Assembly: GCA_977030845.1 (NCBI GenBank)
Contig: OZ365110.1
Span: 29,512,001-29,576,000, forward strand
DNA length: 64,000 bases
Direction of reading: 5' to 3'
Source: Fimbriosthenelais zetlandica
Taxonomy: Eukaryota
In this document: in pieces, positions 12,617 through 27,519 of the stretch
Position numbering within the stretch: the first letter of the stretch is position 1
Layout: the number at the start of each line of letters is the position of its first letter
Notes under the pieces: generated by a model
The model's input: the letters and a program-made list of their open reading frames with translations, nothing else
Database searches by the model: none
What the model was told of the DNA's origin: nothing
Made by a program: the position numbers and the translations under genes

Positions 12617-13735
12617 AAATTATTGTTAATTTCCTGTTGAAAGCCTCTTTAAACTAACTTGGGATTATAATTGTCTTGATAACCCTTGTGAGAATTCCCG
12701 TAAGTAATAAGATAAGAGATGCCGGTTTCAAAGTGAACATAGATATTAATGCTAAGACTGACTAATTATAGGCCTATTCGTTATTTGTAGTGCTTGTATA
12801 AAACTGGTGGGGGCGCTTAGGAGCCGTACGCCGCGAGCTACCCTAGTTTTAGTTACGTCCATTGTCATACGATGGCGCCACTGTATTCTGTGGGGCAGGG
12901 GTAAAGTTTGCAAAAAGGCCCTAGGCATTTCATAGCACCCTTCCTCTTACAATTCCCTTATGCGCCCCTGAATAAGTGTCCTGCATAAATGACAAAACCA
13001 AAATTAACTGTTATTCATTGTAGTGAGTCTATAGAAGGCCATTCAAACCAATAATAGACTAGATTAAAAGGAGTTTGGTTTTGTAACATATATGAACTAA
13101 TCCATGAAATCGTCTCCTTTGGGTTTTTGGCCCCTAGCTCTCTTATTTATTAATTTAAGCATTTTAAAGTGAAAGAAATCGTTTCCTCTCGTCAAAATAT
13201 GCATTGCGCACCCCACTTTTATGGGTCTGTGATACAGGCCTGTCGGCAATCAAATCACAAACGTCACGTCAGAACTGTATCAGGTTTTCTATTAGCCTAG
13301 TTAGAAATATTTAGTGACAAGTTCGAAACATTTAGTGACAGACACAAATTAAAAACATTCAGTAGTTATAGGCCTATATAAATATTCTGGTTTTTCGAGA
13401 ATCATTTTCTTAAAAACTTTAAATAACTGTTTCGGAAGTGTGCAAGCCCTCTGGCTCATATCAATTGATTGCCGTATCAGAGTTGCTTAAGATCGCTTTT
13501 ATGTTTATCGAAGCATCCCAAGTGAACGATAAATTAATTAAAAAATAAAAATGATTAAGTGCGTGCTGTAGGTACCCAGTAATGTGATTAATCATTGATG
13601 TAGGCCTACGTGATGTGTATAGATTAAAATATCTCGAATTTTAACCGGGGTGAAGAGAGACCACCCCAAACACATGTTACAGACATTACAAAGTTCATCA
13701 GTGAACATAAAAAACCGTATACATGCCAAATGATA

Positions 13736-13948
13736 CGTGGGAACCAATTAACGATACGGCTCGAGACGCGGGAAAAGGCGTGAGAAAAATGTTCCTTTCC
13801 TCCTGTAACTACGACCTTAGGACACTTTGAGATATGACGGGAAAGTCCCTCCATGTTGATAATATCCACCCGCTAAAACAGGTGGATAATGTTCAACATT
13901 CTTATATGTTTTTCCATCCTGTCGTCCACCTCCAGAGCACCGTGGGAA
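13736..13948 (+). promoter_or_regulatory. Cluster of three Su(H)/RBPJ consensus sites
   Basis: CGTGGGAA 13736-13743, CGTGAGAA 13779-13786 and CGTGGGAA 13941-13948. Confidence 0.4.
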
Positions 13949-14501
13949 TGTCTTAATACAAATCACGATTGGTGGCCGGTATAGGCTACAGCAACGTGGT
14001 AACAAATATCTTTCTAAACGCTGATAGATTTTTGTTAAATATTAGGCTGGCGTACAGGTGGCAGCACAGGTGTCACCAGGTGGTTGGGGTTGTCAATGAA
14101 ACTTGAATTTCTTCACAGAAGTCAAATTACAGATTTATCTTGGTCATATTAAAGAGAGTAAAATATTTTACTCTCGTTGGTCATATTAGACCAACCAGTA
14201 TTACATTCAGTTTCCATCCAATATTTCCATTTCAAGGTTGTATTAACGAGCTAGCTCGGATAGCCCATATATACTCTGTTAGTAAGCCTAGGCCTACTGA
14301 TAGCATTTTAAGTTAATTCTGCTCTCTCTATCTAGCGCCTTTTTGGCCATGACAAAAATGATTCTATCGTTGACCTCACAAATTAATTCGTGTTTGGACA
14401 AAATATTTGTTTTTATTAAAGAAAACACAATGTTTGCTTTTGGTGCCCAGATTTGGGCGCCAAAATTATTAAGGCATCCCGCCCTGGAGATCCAGGTGGT
14501 G

Positions 14502-14515
14502 GTTGCCCTGGCAAC
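14502..14515. promoter_or_regulatory. RFX X-box motif
   Basis: GTTGCCCTGGCAAC is one substitution from the palindromic consensus GTTGCCATGGCAAC. A related GTTGCCAGGCGAC lies at 21804-21816. Confidence 0.4.
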
Positions 14516-17500
14516 GCATCAGTCTGTCCTCTCTCTCTCTCTCTCTCCCTCTTAGAGATGATGTAACGGGGTGGAGGACAGTGGGATCCCCGGCTCGTCC
14601 CAGGGTTACTCATGCCTGGCCATCTGTCCAACACCACCACCAGCACTCAAGTGTGGAGATTTGTTTTATTTTTTATTTTTTATTTTGGGGGTATTTCATT
14701 TGGATTCTTTGGAGTGAGCTTTTTGAGGAAATGTGTGAGGCCTATTTTCTTGATGTTGTGGCAGAAATTCTTGTCTGTAGGACTAGTGTGGGAAATTTGC
14801 ACGCACAAGATAGCCTATATACTACTTTGTGTGGGTATCTTATGTTCCTTATGCTGAGAAAAACATGATTAACAGATCGAGTCGGTCGTTATCATCCCAG
14901 AATGTAAACAACTATAATTTATTTCTGTTGGGCGAGGATTGAGTGATTTCCTTATCGTGATAAAAATAAATAATTGGACTTACCTATAGAATAGTCAGTG
15001 ACATGAACCTCCAGTTTAGCACATGTTAATTACATCTATGCTTTCTTAATGAACTTATCGCATTTGTTGAGCACTTATCCACCCGTGCTTATCTCTCATC
15101 TCACACCTGCATGTGAGTGAGGGGGTGAGTGTGTGAGTGAGTGAGAGGAGGCCAGGGATGGAGGGGACCGGGGGGGGGGGGCACTCGGAATATTTGTCAT
15201 TGTGTTATTCGAGCATATTTCATGTATTTGGCACGAAGTATGTTCTCCTTGATTTGTTTGAAAAAGGGGTGCTTTTGGAGGGGTAAAATCTCCATGTTTT
15301 TTTTTAAAGAAAAAGGGTAGTTTTTTAGGGTAAAATCCTTGAAAAGGGTCGGATTTTGAAAGTAAGGTACGAGCATAGGTACCCACTTTAATTCAGAGTG
15401 CCCCCCCCCCCGGGGGGAGGGGTGTGTGTGTAAGGACCGCATGTGTCATGTTTACAGACGCACGGTCAAACTAGGATTAATGTCAAATTCATGCCCATAC
15501 CTCCACCAGTCCATTCATCCGCCACAAATAACTTCCACATTATCTCTATTATTCCAGTGTCAAGTCGATAAATACCCTCGCCCTAACCTGTCACGGGCAA
15601 GAACATATTCGTGTTTTTTTTTCTTGAGTAATGCAAAAAAAAGTTTCTATGTTTTTCAAACAGAAATAATACATGTTTTTTATGGATATTTTTCGAAATG
15701 GGGAAGGGGGTAATTATGGATGAGTGCTATTATTTTGTGTGTTGTAGAAAATAAAAAAAAGAAGAGGAAGGTAGATGGCGTATATATTAACTATTATACG
15801 TAAGTTCTGAATTAAAATTAAATGAGCGATCAATTTTAAAAGTTTCTTTTTGCCTATACTCGTTGGCGAAACTGGCTATAGGATAAGTAGGTCACGTTGG
15901 GATGGAAGGGAGGGAAAGGGGGGAAGTCCCTATTATGCTCACACCCGCCCACCGCTGGTCAAAACAAGGAGTACATAGACATGTACAGTCCTTCTTGCTG
16001 GACACTACTCAGAAACTTCATAACAAACATGACTATGATGCTCTGATCTTCCAACAGATAGGAAAATTATTAATTATGTACAAAATATTACAAAAGACCT
16101 TAGGTAAGGTATGTGTCTTTGAGAAGTAGGGATAAACATGATGCATTTTATTTCCGAAAAATTATCAGTGAAAAACATTATTGGCAAGTCTAGCAAGGTG
16201 AAGCTGCGCTCATGCTGGTTTCAGCAGTCGGTGCCCACTCACCCGAAACTTTCCCGCCAAAACCAGGGACCGTCTCATAACGTTGGCTGGTACGAAAAAA
16301 AATGTAGCGACATTTTAAGAAATTTCATACTCTCGATTAGATATAGGCTAAATAGAAATATCAGTCCAAAACCTTACTTTTGAAAAACAACGATACATAA
16401 TATAGGCCTATAAATGAAAATTACTTCACATATATTCTAGGTATATCCTGACACACACACACACTAAGACACAATATATTGTGAAATAAGTTTTCATTTT
16501 GACCATTATCTCTTCAAATCCCCGCCTCGGGCTCTGAACCAGTGATTGCGCAAGAGCACAAACAGCACGAAGCGCCCTCCCAGCGTTCTCACCACAAAAG
16601 CTTAAGTGGTATCCATGGAGTTTGGCCTGTTTAAGGAAGGGGTCAGATGGGGTAGACCCCGTTACGTAACAAAACACAAGTCTATAGCAGCAAGTATCTA
16701 AGAGTAGACATAATGGTGCTGACTGGCTTTTTGAAATGCGAGATGACTTAAGGAGATGTGCACAGAGAGGATGTGGAGAGTTTGGTATAAATTAATTAAT
16801 TTTTAGTGAATGTCCAGAATCAAAGCAGGATGTTGAAGTTATTTTCTGTGGTTCCAAATGACCCTAATGTAGAAGGAAGTAGGCTACTTCAGAACATTTT
16901 ACTCTTTTAATGAAACGTGTACCGGTACATTGTAGCCTAAATTTTAGCCAAAGTGCCAATTTTATGAGTATCTCTGACTTCTAAAAATAATTTCAAGTTT
17001 GGATATTCAAGAAAGGCCTCCAGAAAGGGGCATTTTTCCCATGAGGTCAGAGTGTAGCCTATGTAGCCTATCAATGTCATGTTTTGGCCGACCCATGACA
17101 ACCTTCTTCTCATAAAACAAGTAACACCGTCAATGTTCTTCTCTGTGGGACCCTCCACACAGATTACCCTTGTCAAAAAGTGGACTAAACGTACGCTCCC
17201 TATCACTGGCTATATTTTATAATGTTGTGCATTGACATGCCGTTAGAGCAAAACTTGTCTTAAAACACCACTGTTATATTTGTGATTGATATATACTCAA
17301 GATGTAAACGAGTTGGGCATCAAAAGTGTTTGGCTAACTAACACTTACGTCAGTGAAATCATATTTAACCGTATCTCCAAGTGCTAACATATAAAACGAC
17401 TATTTGACAGACTATTTACGCTCTTTGATATGCGTACTTCCATTCTAAGCAGTCCAACACTCCCGTTTCCTAGCCTTTCATCTTCAGATTGTTGGCGATG

Positions 17501-20500
17501 AAGCATTAATTTTATCGCTCACTCTGTTTTACGACCTATAGATGTCGGCACTTGTTTGACATTGCCTTAATTACTGTGAGCCAAAGCCCGGTAATTGGAT
17601 AGCATCCCCAAAACCTTAAATCACTGACCCTCTGTCATACATGCCTCTGAGGTTACCCCCACTGATAAGGGGATTTAAAGTACAGGAGGGTAACAGAGGA
17701 CAGATCGGGCAGTGTGAAATGTCAAGGATGTGGTATGCTTTTGAAGTGGTCACATAGTCATTTTGATGGAGTGAATATGGTGTCCATTTGTGGGAGGATT
17801 GCCCCGTAATGAATTGATTAGGAACCCCTTTCCTTTCTTTCTCAATGCCTGCCTTGACTCCTTAATATGCATCCTTCATTTTAAACCACTTAATGTATTA
17901 CCAAATGGACATAAAACGCTGTATAGGAACTAAGCCGGTAGTTTAACATGTTTGCGTCAAAGATAGACTGGTCAGTTTTACCCCTACAGCCGGATTGCCG
18001 ACCAATTACGCGTGGCTCGAATCATTTTCCAACCTTTGAAGTAAATCTAGGACTCCCCCGCTAAGTCTAATTCTGTCATTATAATGTTCTGAAGAGCTAT
18101 ATAGACAGCTTTGATGTAGATGTTTATATTACTTTGATAACTCATTATTAATTTTTCACTTGGACTCTGGTTCAATAGGCCTTTTGTCCGCTATAACTGA
18201 GCATATGGATTTCTAAAAGTGTTCTTTAAAAAATGCAAAAAAAAGTCATGACAGAAATAAGACAATGTATTATTTGTGTATCCATGAATTTGTGTATATA
18301 CCTATTACCCCATCCTGAAATATTTATCGTCTCCAGATGAAATGCAAATATATGGTGCCTGAATCGTTCATGCATAGGTGCAGTAAAAGACAATCATAAT
18401 GATCCAATGCTATTTTGGTGGGAATCTATTATATAATTTTAATAAATTTTCCCTTGAGATCACAAATGAATCCACACCAGATTAGCCCCGCCATTAACCA
18501 TGGACATGTAATAGTTATAGGAAGACAATTAATGGTGACACGTCCAAATATGGACAATTGACAAGAATGACCAGGCAATCAAGCTTATTAGATTGTGAGT
18601 AATATTATTCATCACAGCAATCAGCGCTGACAAAGCATTGGGGCGGGGTGAGGGGTCGTTGGGGGTTGGGGCAGTGACAATGGACCCCTATCAGACATGA
18701 GCATGTTGTCCGCATCAACTTCTCGCTCTTTATGTCAATCAAACATGCCCACCCATTGTATCCATCCCCATCTCTTTCCTGGGCTGTTGGGACAGAATAT
18801 TGATGATCAGGGGAGTACAAGCTTTGAATTATTTTTATCATAAAAATCAGATGTGATATATTAGTATAGGAAGTGATGTTTTTATTTAGGTCATAATTCA
18901 ACAGAGCACATTCATACTAATTCGGATCAGAAGTCCGCGATGATTAATTTTCAATAAATTATTATTCTTTGATTTTGGATTATATTTCCTCCTAGGTTTC
19001 AAATCCCAAGTGCTGACTCATCCCTGGACGCCACCTTCCGCACCATTTGACACACCCTTGTCCTGCTCACCCACTCACTCTACAGGTCTAATCTCTATTA
19101 AATCTCACCTATTAAGGTTCAGCAACCCGAATCCCCCTCCAACCATCCCCACCCCACCCCCTCCATCACTAACCTTCCCCACTAACCTCAAACCCTCAAA
19201 CTCCCACTCATGACTTGATTAGGCTAATCAGGCCCTAATAAATATAGACAGGACACACTCCTATTCATATTATATCAACGTTCACCAACTTTTATAACGC
19301 GAGCCCCTCAATATGTACGGTCAACACGCATTGGTGGAATAACAATCACTCAAATAATTATTCATGAAAATTGAAGGTTAGGTCCTGTGAATATCTAATT
19401 CCTGCCTTTTGTGATGACAATTTCTTTCAGTTTAAAAAGAGTTTTTTACTGTAGGGTATGGCACGTGGTAGAAAAAAATACCCACTAAATATATTTTCAG
19501 TGTCCATGCACGTGTATAATAAATACTATAGAGGGAAATAAGTATACCTTCTACTTCTGCTTTCTCCTCATACATTTGCATGATATACATCAGCGAGCAT
19601 AACATGCCCGAGGAAAACATTATTTACACGCATCATTACACACGTGAGTTGTCACGTGACTCCGAAAATTACCGATAATTGCGCCATTTTTTCCTCGTGT
19701 AATCTCTGCTCGTACAATCCTATATTTATAAAACGGCAAACAAGAGCACGTCATTGTCAGAGAAGGGAAAACTAAAATATCTCAATAAAATCCCTGCTGA
19801 CTAATAGAATTGAGCGATAGTTTTAAATATTATCAATTAATTTCCACTTAACTTAGTCCAGGCCATGTCAGACATTTTCTTACAAAGTGTCATTGTAACT
19901 TTTAATGGGGGCTCTTTCAAAATTAATCTTAATTCTGGGGAAAATATCCTTGGCGGATAATTCTTTTGTTTTCCTCATTCTGAATTGTCATTTTTTCACA
20001 AAGAAACAAGAATTTCTGTTTCCACGGATTAAGGGCGTAAAAATAGGGGGACAATAGGTGCTTTTGGCAGGTGCCTCGCACGGTGCTTCCTGAGGTTGGT
20101 TTGGGGGTGGGGGTGGGACGGGGTGGGGTGGGTGGCACACAAGGAGCGTGGGGAAGACGCCACCTGTCTGTGTTTCTGTTTTTACCCTCCCGCAGTCAGC
20201 ACCCTGACTAGGGCGGGTTATTGTCATGGTTCACTGACTGTTTCGCCCGACCACAACTATAGCACATGTATCCAAGGCCTGGTGACCAGGCAAATGAAGA
20301 GCGTAATGGTTAATTATTACGTCGGTGAAGGGAGATCCCCCAGCATTATTGGAGGGTAATGATGCGTGGAGGCTGGGCCAGGCATCATCTACAATCACGA
20401 CGAGGTTGACTGAAAATCATGGGCGTGGACAAGGAAAAAATCAGAAACAAAAGCTTCTCGTTTTTGACTTTAGAATATGAGCTCTTATTATATGCATATC

Positions 20501-23500
20501 TTTATTAGGCTTAATGTCCATGCATTTGTACAGGAGATGTTAAATCTCATTTCCAAAATATTTTAAATATAATCAAATTCAAATTCCAGGTGTGTGCCCA
20601 TTGTGAATTTTTATTTCCATGGTAAAATTACCTACTGATAGTAGTGTAGGAAATCGTGACATTGTTTGGGGCAACAGGAAGGAACATATGGCACCTGGCC
20701 GCATATAGGTACGGGCGCTTCCCCACTACAAAGTAAAAACCAAGTCGCTGTATGATAGTATAATCCGCGTCAGTATACATTGACTATTATTCAGCATCAC
20801 AGTACTAGTAACTCGGAGTTCAAGGCATGCTCTCGTTGATTATAGGTTCATTTAGTACCACGGTCATGACACTTTAGCTGCTCACATTCTGAGCTTGGTT
20901 CAGCCATAATGTGTATTCAATAATGTGGTGATATAATCACTTTGTGCATCATTTGTGTTCAACAATCTGGAGGGTGGTAGCAGGCCTAATTATGGTTATT
21001 AAATAGCCTACGTTTCTGCTTTAAGTAGGCCTACTTAAGCAGGCATATTTATCGACTTCCATGCGCATATAGGCCTAAGACTTGTCATGAACATAATGCA
21101 TATGGTACCGGTATTGGCCCTTGGAACCAACTGCATGGCTGGCAGTCTTAAACTTCTGCATGTCAATTCATTTCCTCGATTTTCTCCATTTCATTATGAT
21201 ATGAACGAAAGACTTTCACTTGGCCATATTGCTCATTTGAGACTTCAAAGGAATAGGCCTAGTGTAGATCAGAGAGTGGAAAGGAATGCAAAAGTGTGTA
21301 TTTAAGCCACAAAGCCAGTACTAAATTGGTATAACCTAGCATTTCCATTTTTACCCACGCTGCCAATGGTCAGTATGGTAATTAAATTGCACAATATCCC
21401 GGACCATCTTTTCCGCTAGGGGAGGTCAGGTAAGCCCTTAAATAGACCTATAGAGGGATGGAAGGCCCGAGGGGCAAGAGGGGCGGAGATAAGTATACAT
21501 TAAGCCTGTAGCTTCACCCTCTGAATGTGACCATCATGTTAATAAGGTCCGGCATTTCAAGGGCTTTTGTACACCTGAAGTGGGACGCTCTTCCTAAGCC
21601 CATTATATCGAGGAGAATGACCTGTGGTCATTTTTATGTCCACTCTATTCATTCGTCCATTCCGATACTTATCAAACGGGCTTGAGTACAGAGGCGTCAG
21701 TTGGCTCTATGACATGGGAAGATCAAAGAGTCCTTATGCTTGGCTCACCCTTAACACTGGAGCCAAACAAAGATGTACCCATGCGAGGAGACTCATTTGG
21801 GTGGTTGCCAGGCGACTAGACAATTTGTCTCTTTTAGTGGTGGGGGTTTACTTCGGAGGTTGTTGGGGAGAAAGGGAAGGGCAACCTGGCTATTGTTCCC
21901 CCACCATGGTATGTCCTATACTCTCAGCCCTCCTTCCCCACAACATGCCCACAGGGCTTGTTTCCCACACTGAGCTGCGCACCACGTGATTAGCGCGCAT
22001 GCTCGTTAAGAGATCCGGCGACGCAGGGACTACTTTCTCTGTCGGACTATATTTGTCAAGCGCCTGGGGAACTCAGTTCTTATTGCGCGTAATGGTTTGA
22101 TCATTTTAAATCTGACACGATGCCCTCCAACAGTTCCTTTGTTAACATTAGGGCGGCAGAGGAAGGAGCCTCCCAGCTTGTCAATTCTGTTAAGGGCCAA
22201 TGACAAGTCTACCAACAATGCAATGTCCCCTTCCCCGGCCTTTAATTTACAAGTTCCTTTTGAGCGAAAAAGTAATCAACAATTACAATAGATTCTCTAC
22301 CATTAGGAATGTTAACAATTGAGCCATTGACTGAAGGCCTATTTTCCCCATCATAAAAATAGATCAGCTGAAAAATTGAATTCCAACTTTAGGCCTAATT
22401 CACCGAAAAGGTTATTCCATGTTTATTCCATTCATGAGAAGATATAAGACATTGAGAGCCTGATGGAAATGTGCTTTGAAGCTCTAACTGTTCCTAAGTT
22501 AGAATTTGCCATTTTGATTCAGGGCCTAAATGAAGTATATAATAGCCTTATACTTCCCACACTTCAAGATTTCTAGCAGTATCTTCCGTCCCATCTCCTG
22601 AAACTGCGAGCCACATTTTCCCATATGTCTGTCCTTGGAATCCATGGGGCCCTGGCATGAGGCCGGACTTATGAAAAGAACTAGAGTCATGACACTAATA
22701 ACACTTAATGTATAGTTTAATCTCTGTGAGCAATATTCGGGGAGATAATGAGGAATTTAGTATAAAACTTCTTAGCCTCCAGGCTAGTAGCTTAACACTA
22801 CCTTACAGGGTGATTTCCGGGGTGATTTCCTTAATCAAATTTAATTAGGGAGGGTGTGGACACCCTGCCAGACTATCTGCCGGGGTCCTCACAGATTATG
22901 CAGATCAATTTTCTCTGATTCCCTTGGCATCTGAAGGATGTCACGCAAAACATTGACTGTCCGGGCTGGAGGGGGATTAGGGACAAGGGCGGGCAATGAA
23001 TGGTGGGGGACACATCCGAACCAACTTCAGGCTCAATGCACAATATACCCCAGAACTGTAATAACATACCCACCCAAAATCTGACATGTAATCCCCAATA
23101 AATATGCAGATTTGAGTGTAAAATATTATCAATATTTAAAATGAGCTTAACGATGAGAAAGAGTCTTTAACAGAATCATGATAATAATGAAGGCTGTGGT
23201 AATGGTAACAAGTTGCCCTCCACATGAGGCTTCATGTCAGGGATAAATAATTGTCCGTCACGATGATGAATCGCATGGTGGCGCTGTGTTATGAGAGGAG
23301 GCGGATGACCTGTCAATCACGGTGCGAAAGGCATTGGGGGAGGGGGGGGGGGGGGGGGGGGGTGTTAAGTGTTGCAGGTGTTTTCACCCCGTCTTCTTAA
23401 AAATTAATTACAAAGAATTTCTTCCGTTTTCTACATTCACATTGGCTAGTATAAGATACGATAACTTATATGAGATCACGAATTAAAACGAGAATACCAC

Positions 23501-25119
23501 ACTTGGGATGAAAAAGGGTACTACAGATATCGATAAAATTAAAATAAAACAAACAATTCAATCAAGGAAGAGAACCTGGGGACCAGGGTTCCTATTCCGG
23601 CTCGATTCGGGATCCGACCAGGGGGCTGAAAGTGGGGGTTGTGTGAAGGGGTTGGAAAGTGAACTCCCTTGGAGGGAGCTGGGGAAGGGTGCCTAAAACC
23701 TGAGATCGATTAATTAAGTCGTCTACCCATTCAGCCTCATCAGATCACACAAAAGCCCGAGCAGGCACTTGAAATGATCTTGCAGTCAATATCGGCTCTT
23801 TTAAACATTATTTAAAAGATAAAACATTCAAATGCTAATAGAAAATGGGATGATAGGAATTAATCATACTTAGTGGTTATGTTAAAGCAGGATATTCTTA
23901 TAAGAGCGAATTAATGGAGCGTCTTGTACTCGCTGGAGGATAACTCGTATATAAACAATGATCTAAGTATTAGCCTTAGCATACACCTCTATGGCCTTAG
24001 CCATATTGTATACATCCCTCTAATATCTACATCAAAGTTTTCCTCTCGTTTGTTCTTATGGTCTTCCCTGTTTACCTTCTCCTTTTGTCTGTCGTCTCTA
24101 AAATTAATAATCTTTAACCATTTCCAGGTTTAATACTAATACGTTAGGCCCGGGACGTTAGGTCTACACTTCCTTTCGATTTTATGCGATGTTGCAAGAG
24201 TAACGTTACAAAACAGAATAGTCCAGCTTGCCCTAAAATAATTATACCGAATTTGACAGAATCACTGAATTATAGTATATTTACTCTAAATTAAGATATA
24301 CACTCATTTAGGTTTTTCAAAAAAATACTACACAATCAAAATAGCCCAAGGACCAACACTTGCATGTGTACACAGGTTTAAATCTTGTTGAACAAACTAT
24401 TGAGACGCGTTCATGACAGGGCAGTTTGACGCTTGCAAAAGCTAATCTAGACTTGCGCAAGTCTTTGATTCTTTTATTTTGTTAAAACTAACTAATGATG
24501 AGACCTTTCCCGTCCATGACGCTCCAGGCGAGGAGGGAATTTTCTGTCATAGGGACGAGCGCTCGTCTAAAGCTAGTCATTAATCCCCCAAACTGAGATG
24601 ACGTAAGAGCGCTCCCTCTCTTCCTCTCACAGACACTCCCTCTCCTCCTGTCCCCCTGATAGAGCTACCACCCCCATTAGAGTCAACATATCAATAGAGG
24701 CAGTATAACCGGAGGGGGAGGGGGAGAGGTTATAACTACTTGTGTTGGAACTGGACTTGTTTGTCAAAGGATCTATTTCACTCTAAATATTATATGGCGT
24801 CTTTAAGGCTTCACTATGTTATTACCTGTCATTGTGTTCATTCTTTGACTTCTTTTAATTTGCAGTCATTTCCCCTTTGTCACTTTCAATTTTCTGGCCC
24901 CTACATAACATGTTTCTGTTATGTAGGGGCCAGGGGTTCTGTAGTTAGCTAATCTAGTTTATCCCATTTGAAGCCGCGCAATGCTATCAAAAATAGGCCT
25001 AGTTCTTTGTTTTCCCAGAATCTCTGAAAACTTTAATAACACCGAAGCGCTCTTAACCCCAGGATTCTCGCTCCAAATTTTGAAAACCGATTGGGCGCTC
25101 GCCAACTTATCACTAGTAC

Positions 25120-25143
25120 CTTAGAGTAAAATTTTACTCTAAG
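25120..25143. repeat. Perfect 24-bp palindrome
   Basis: CTTAGAGTAAAATTTTACTCTAAG. Confidence 0.9.
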
Positions 25144-26110
25144 CTAGGACGAACTGGTAACTCTTTGAGATTTTCCTCCCACCACCCCACCCCGTTCTCT
25201 CGCTTCCACACACATTGGCTACTTTCTCGTCTGGGTCAAGGACCCGTCCCGTTTGATTGCGTCATTTTAATACCAGGGGACTCAGGTCTTGTTGAAAATG
25301 ACGTAATCGGGTGGCGCTCCACAATGGCCGATAGATCCTAGCATGTGTGTCTATTTAGGGGCGCGTAGGAAAAGCCCCCGAGGTGGAAGTACTGGGTACA
25401 TCCCCTTGAGCCTTTATCACTTTTCTAAATGCTCTCTATTAAGTCTGAGTGATTATGAGGGATCTCCAGCCTGGAAAGTTGTAATCCTGTATCTACCCAG
25501 AACAACAGGTAGGCAGGACATGGGTGTCTGCTTATGACCCGTGACGCACCTCGTCACAACCCACTACTTATTCACACTTATCCATTGACCGCAATCTTTT
25601 TCTGGTCTGGTTGCATAATATGATACATCAAAGTCAATGCAAAAAAATGCCTTATGTGACAGAATATGTAACTTAGGAATAATCAACAATAATTAAAAGG
25701 GGAGGGGAGAATCTTTTAAAACTACTGAGGTTTTAGCACACCTTAATTCCAGGGGTGGTTTATTTTGATAGGTTTCTGTTATGTAATTTATAAATAGAGA
25801 AATAGGTCATCAATTACATGATATCTGGTTCATGGAACTAGTTATGTCTAAATTAGCAATGACACAGTTCCCTTTGCTGAACCATATCGCCGACTCGCCT
25901 TAATGATGCTTCTGTTTGAATATTAAATCTGATGTTCATAGATTTATTCTTATGTCGGCTTGTCACTGTAACATTATCTCAATTATGTTGATATTTATAT
26001 TCGCCTAGCAAGGTTAAATGACGCTTCCATGGCTAAGAGATAGGATAATTTACTGGATGATTAGTGGGACAAAGTAAATAACAATGACCATGCACACGTC
26101 AGCATTATTA

Positions 26111-26146
26111 CTTCCAGAATGAGAAGTTAACTTCTCGTTCTGGAAG
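26111..26146. repeat. 36-bp near-perfect palindrome
   Basis: CTTCCAGAATGAGAAGTTAACTTCTCGTTCTGGAAG, with a single mismatched pair (T/G). Confidence 0.9.
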
Positions 26147-27519
26147 AACTATAGTCTACCAGATCCCAGGTCTCTCCCTTGCAAGAACCTTGAGACCGCC
26201 TTTTGGCTAGCCTTACCCTAGGTCCCTAGCTTTACAGTCGGTAGGTGTTTGATACCTTTCTCGTTACAAAACAGGCAAAATTCGCAAGGCTTTTGACGGT
26301 TGGTCAGCGAGGGGTGGTCCGTCCAGCCAAATCAGCTCCTTTGCTTCTTGCATTTTTGAGGTGTTTTCTGTAAGCGAGTCTAAAGTCGCACAGGGCCATT
26401 CGATGCTATTGGCCTGAAAGCACTGTGTACAAGCCACTTATATCTCACCTTTACGACTTTAAACTCATTTAATGAAAACGGGTGACATATTGTTGGATGG
26501 AGGCTAGCAAACTTCATCATTGATCACTACATTAGTTTTAGTGCTTGGGCAAGTACAAGCATGTGCTACAATTAAACATATTTCATTTCCATCACTATGT
26601 AAAATTTCTAACAGGGGACTCACCATCTCCATCCTTTTCCTCCTGCTTCCAATCATTCCTATAATAATCTCCTCTTTGAATTCTCTCATGCCCTTCTCTG
26701 AGTTCTCCCAGTCACCCTGTCTTACTTAGCCACTGTCCCATTCACTATACCACCCTCACCCTCCCTTATACCTTCTCCTATACCATCTCTCCCATCCCCC
26801 ATGTTCTCCACTGTCTCTTATATTCTCCCGAGCACACCATTTCCCTTTCCTCCAGCCATCTCTCCCCTCTGTCCCTAACCCTGTGTCTCATCCCCTCCGA
26901 ACCTCATCATCTCCTTTCTAATTGGGGTTTGTTTCATAAAATATTTTCAATAATTTACTAATTTCTCGCATACTCTTATTTGGGGCAATTTTCATAAAAT
27001 ATTTCAGAATATTATCTGTCACCCTTTTGGGGACATTTTAACTACAACTATCACTTGCACCATCACCATATCTCTTTCTGTGTTTGGGGCATGTTTCATA
27101 AAAATATTTCCATACCTACATACCTGCCCCCACCACACACACACTCACCTCAGTAATTTCCAATACCCATCACCCTATTCGTAGCGTTATTAAATATTTC
27201 TACCACTATTTCCCATCTGTCATCTTACACCCTCCAAACAAAATTTAAGTTTAAAATATAAATAATTTTTTTTTTTGGTGAGTTAGTCTTAGTCAACCGG
27301 ATCCATTCACCCTGGCATATCAACCCTGGCAAGGCTACACACTTGATAACCAACTGATCACTGTGGCGAATTGCTCCATGGCCGTACACACATATGATCA
27401 GTGCAAGTGTTCCACCTTTACGGATTGAACGCGGGCCCACGCAAATCAAGCTATGATCAGAACGTGGGAGACTTCACCAGTCTTTCACTTGAAACTTACA
27501 GACGGGACCACTACCATGG

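Noticed and set aside
13640-14010. Possible LINE APE endonuclease remnant (LYRPP..., PTYH..FMFTD) on the minus strand
   Set aside because: Only short, scattered motif resemblances; it cannot be supported without an HMM search.
20096-20359. Plus-strand ORF with a good acceptor at 20195 and a donor at ~20355
   Set aside because: No recognisable protein and no compatible neighbouring exons; splice-like sites occur by chance in 26 kb.
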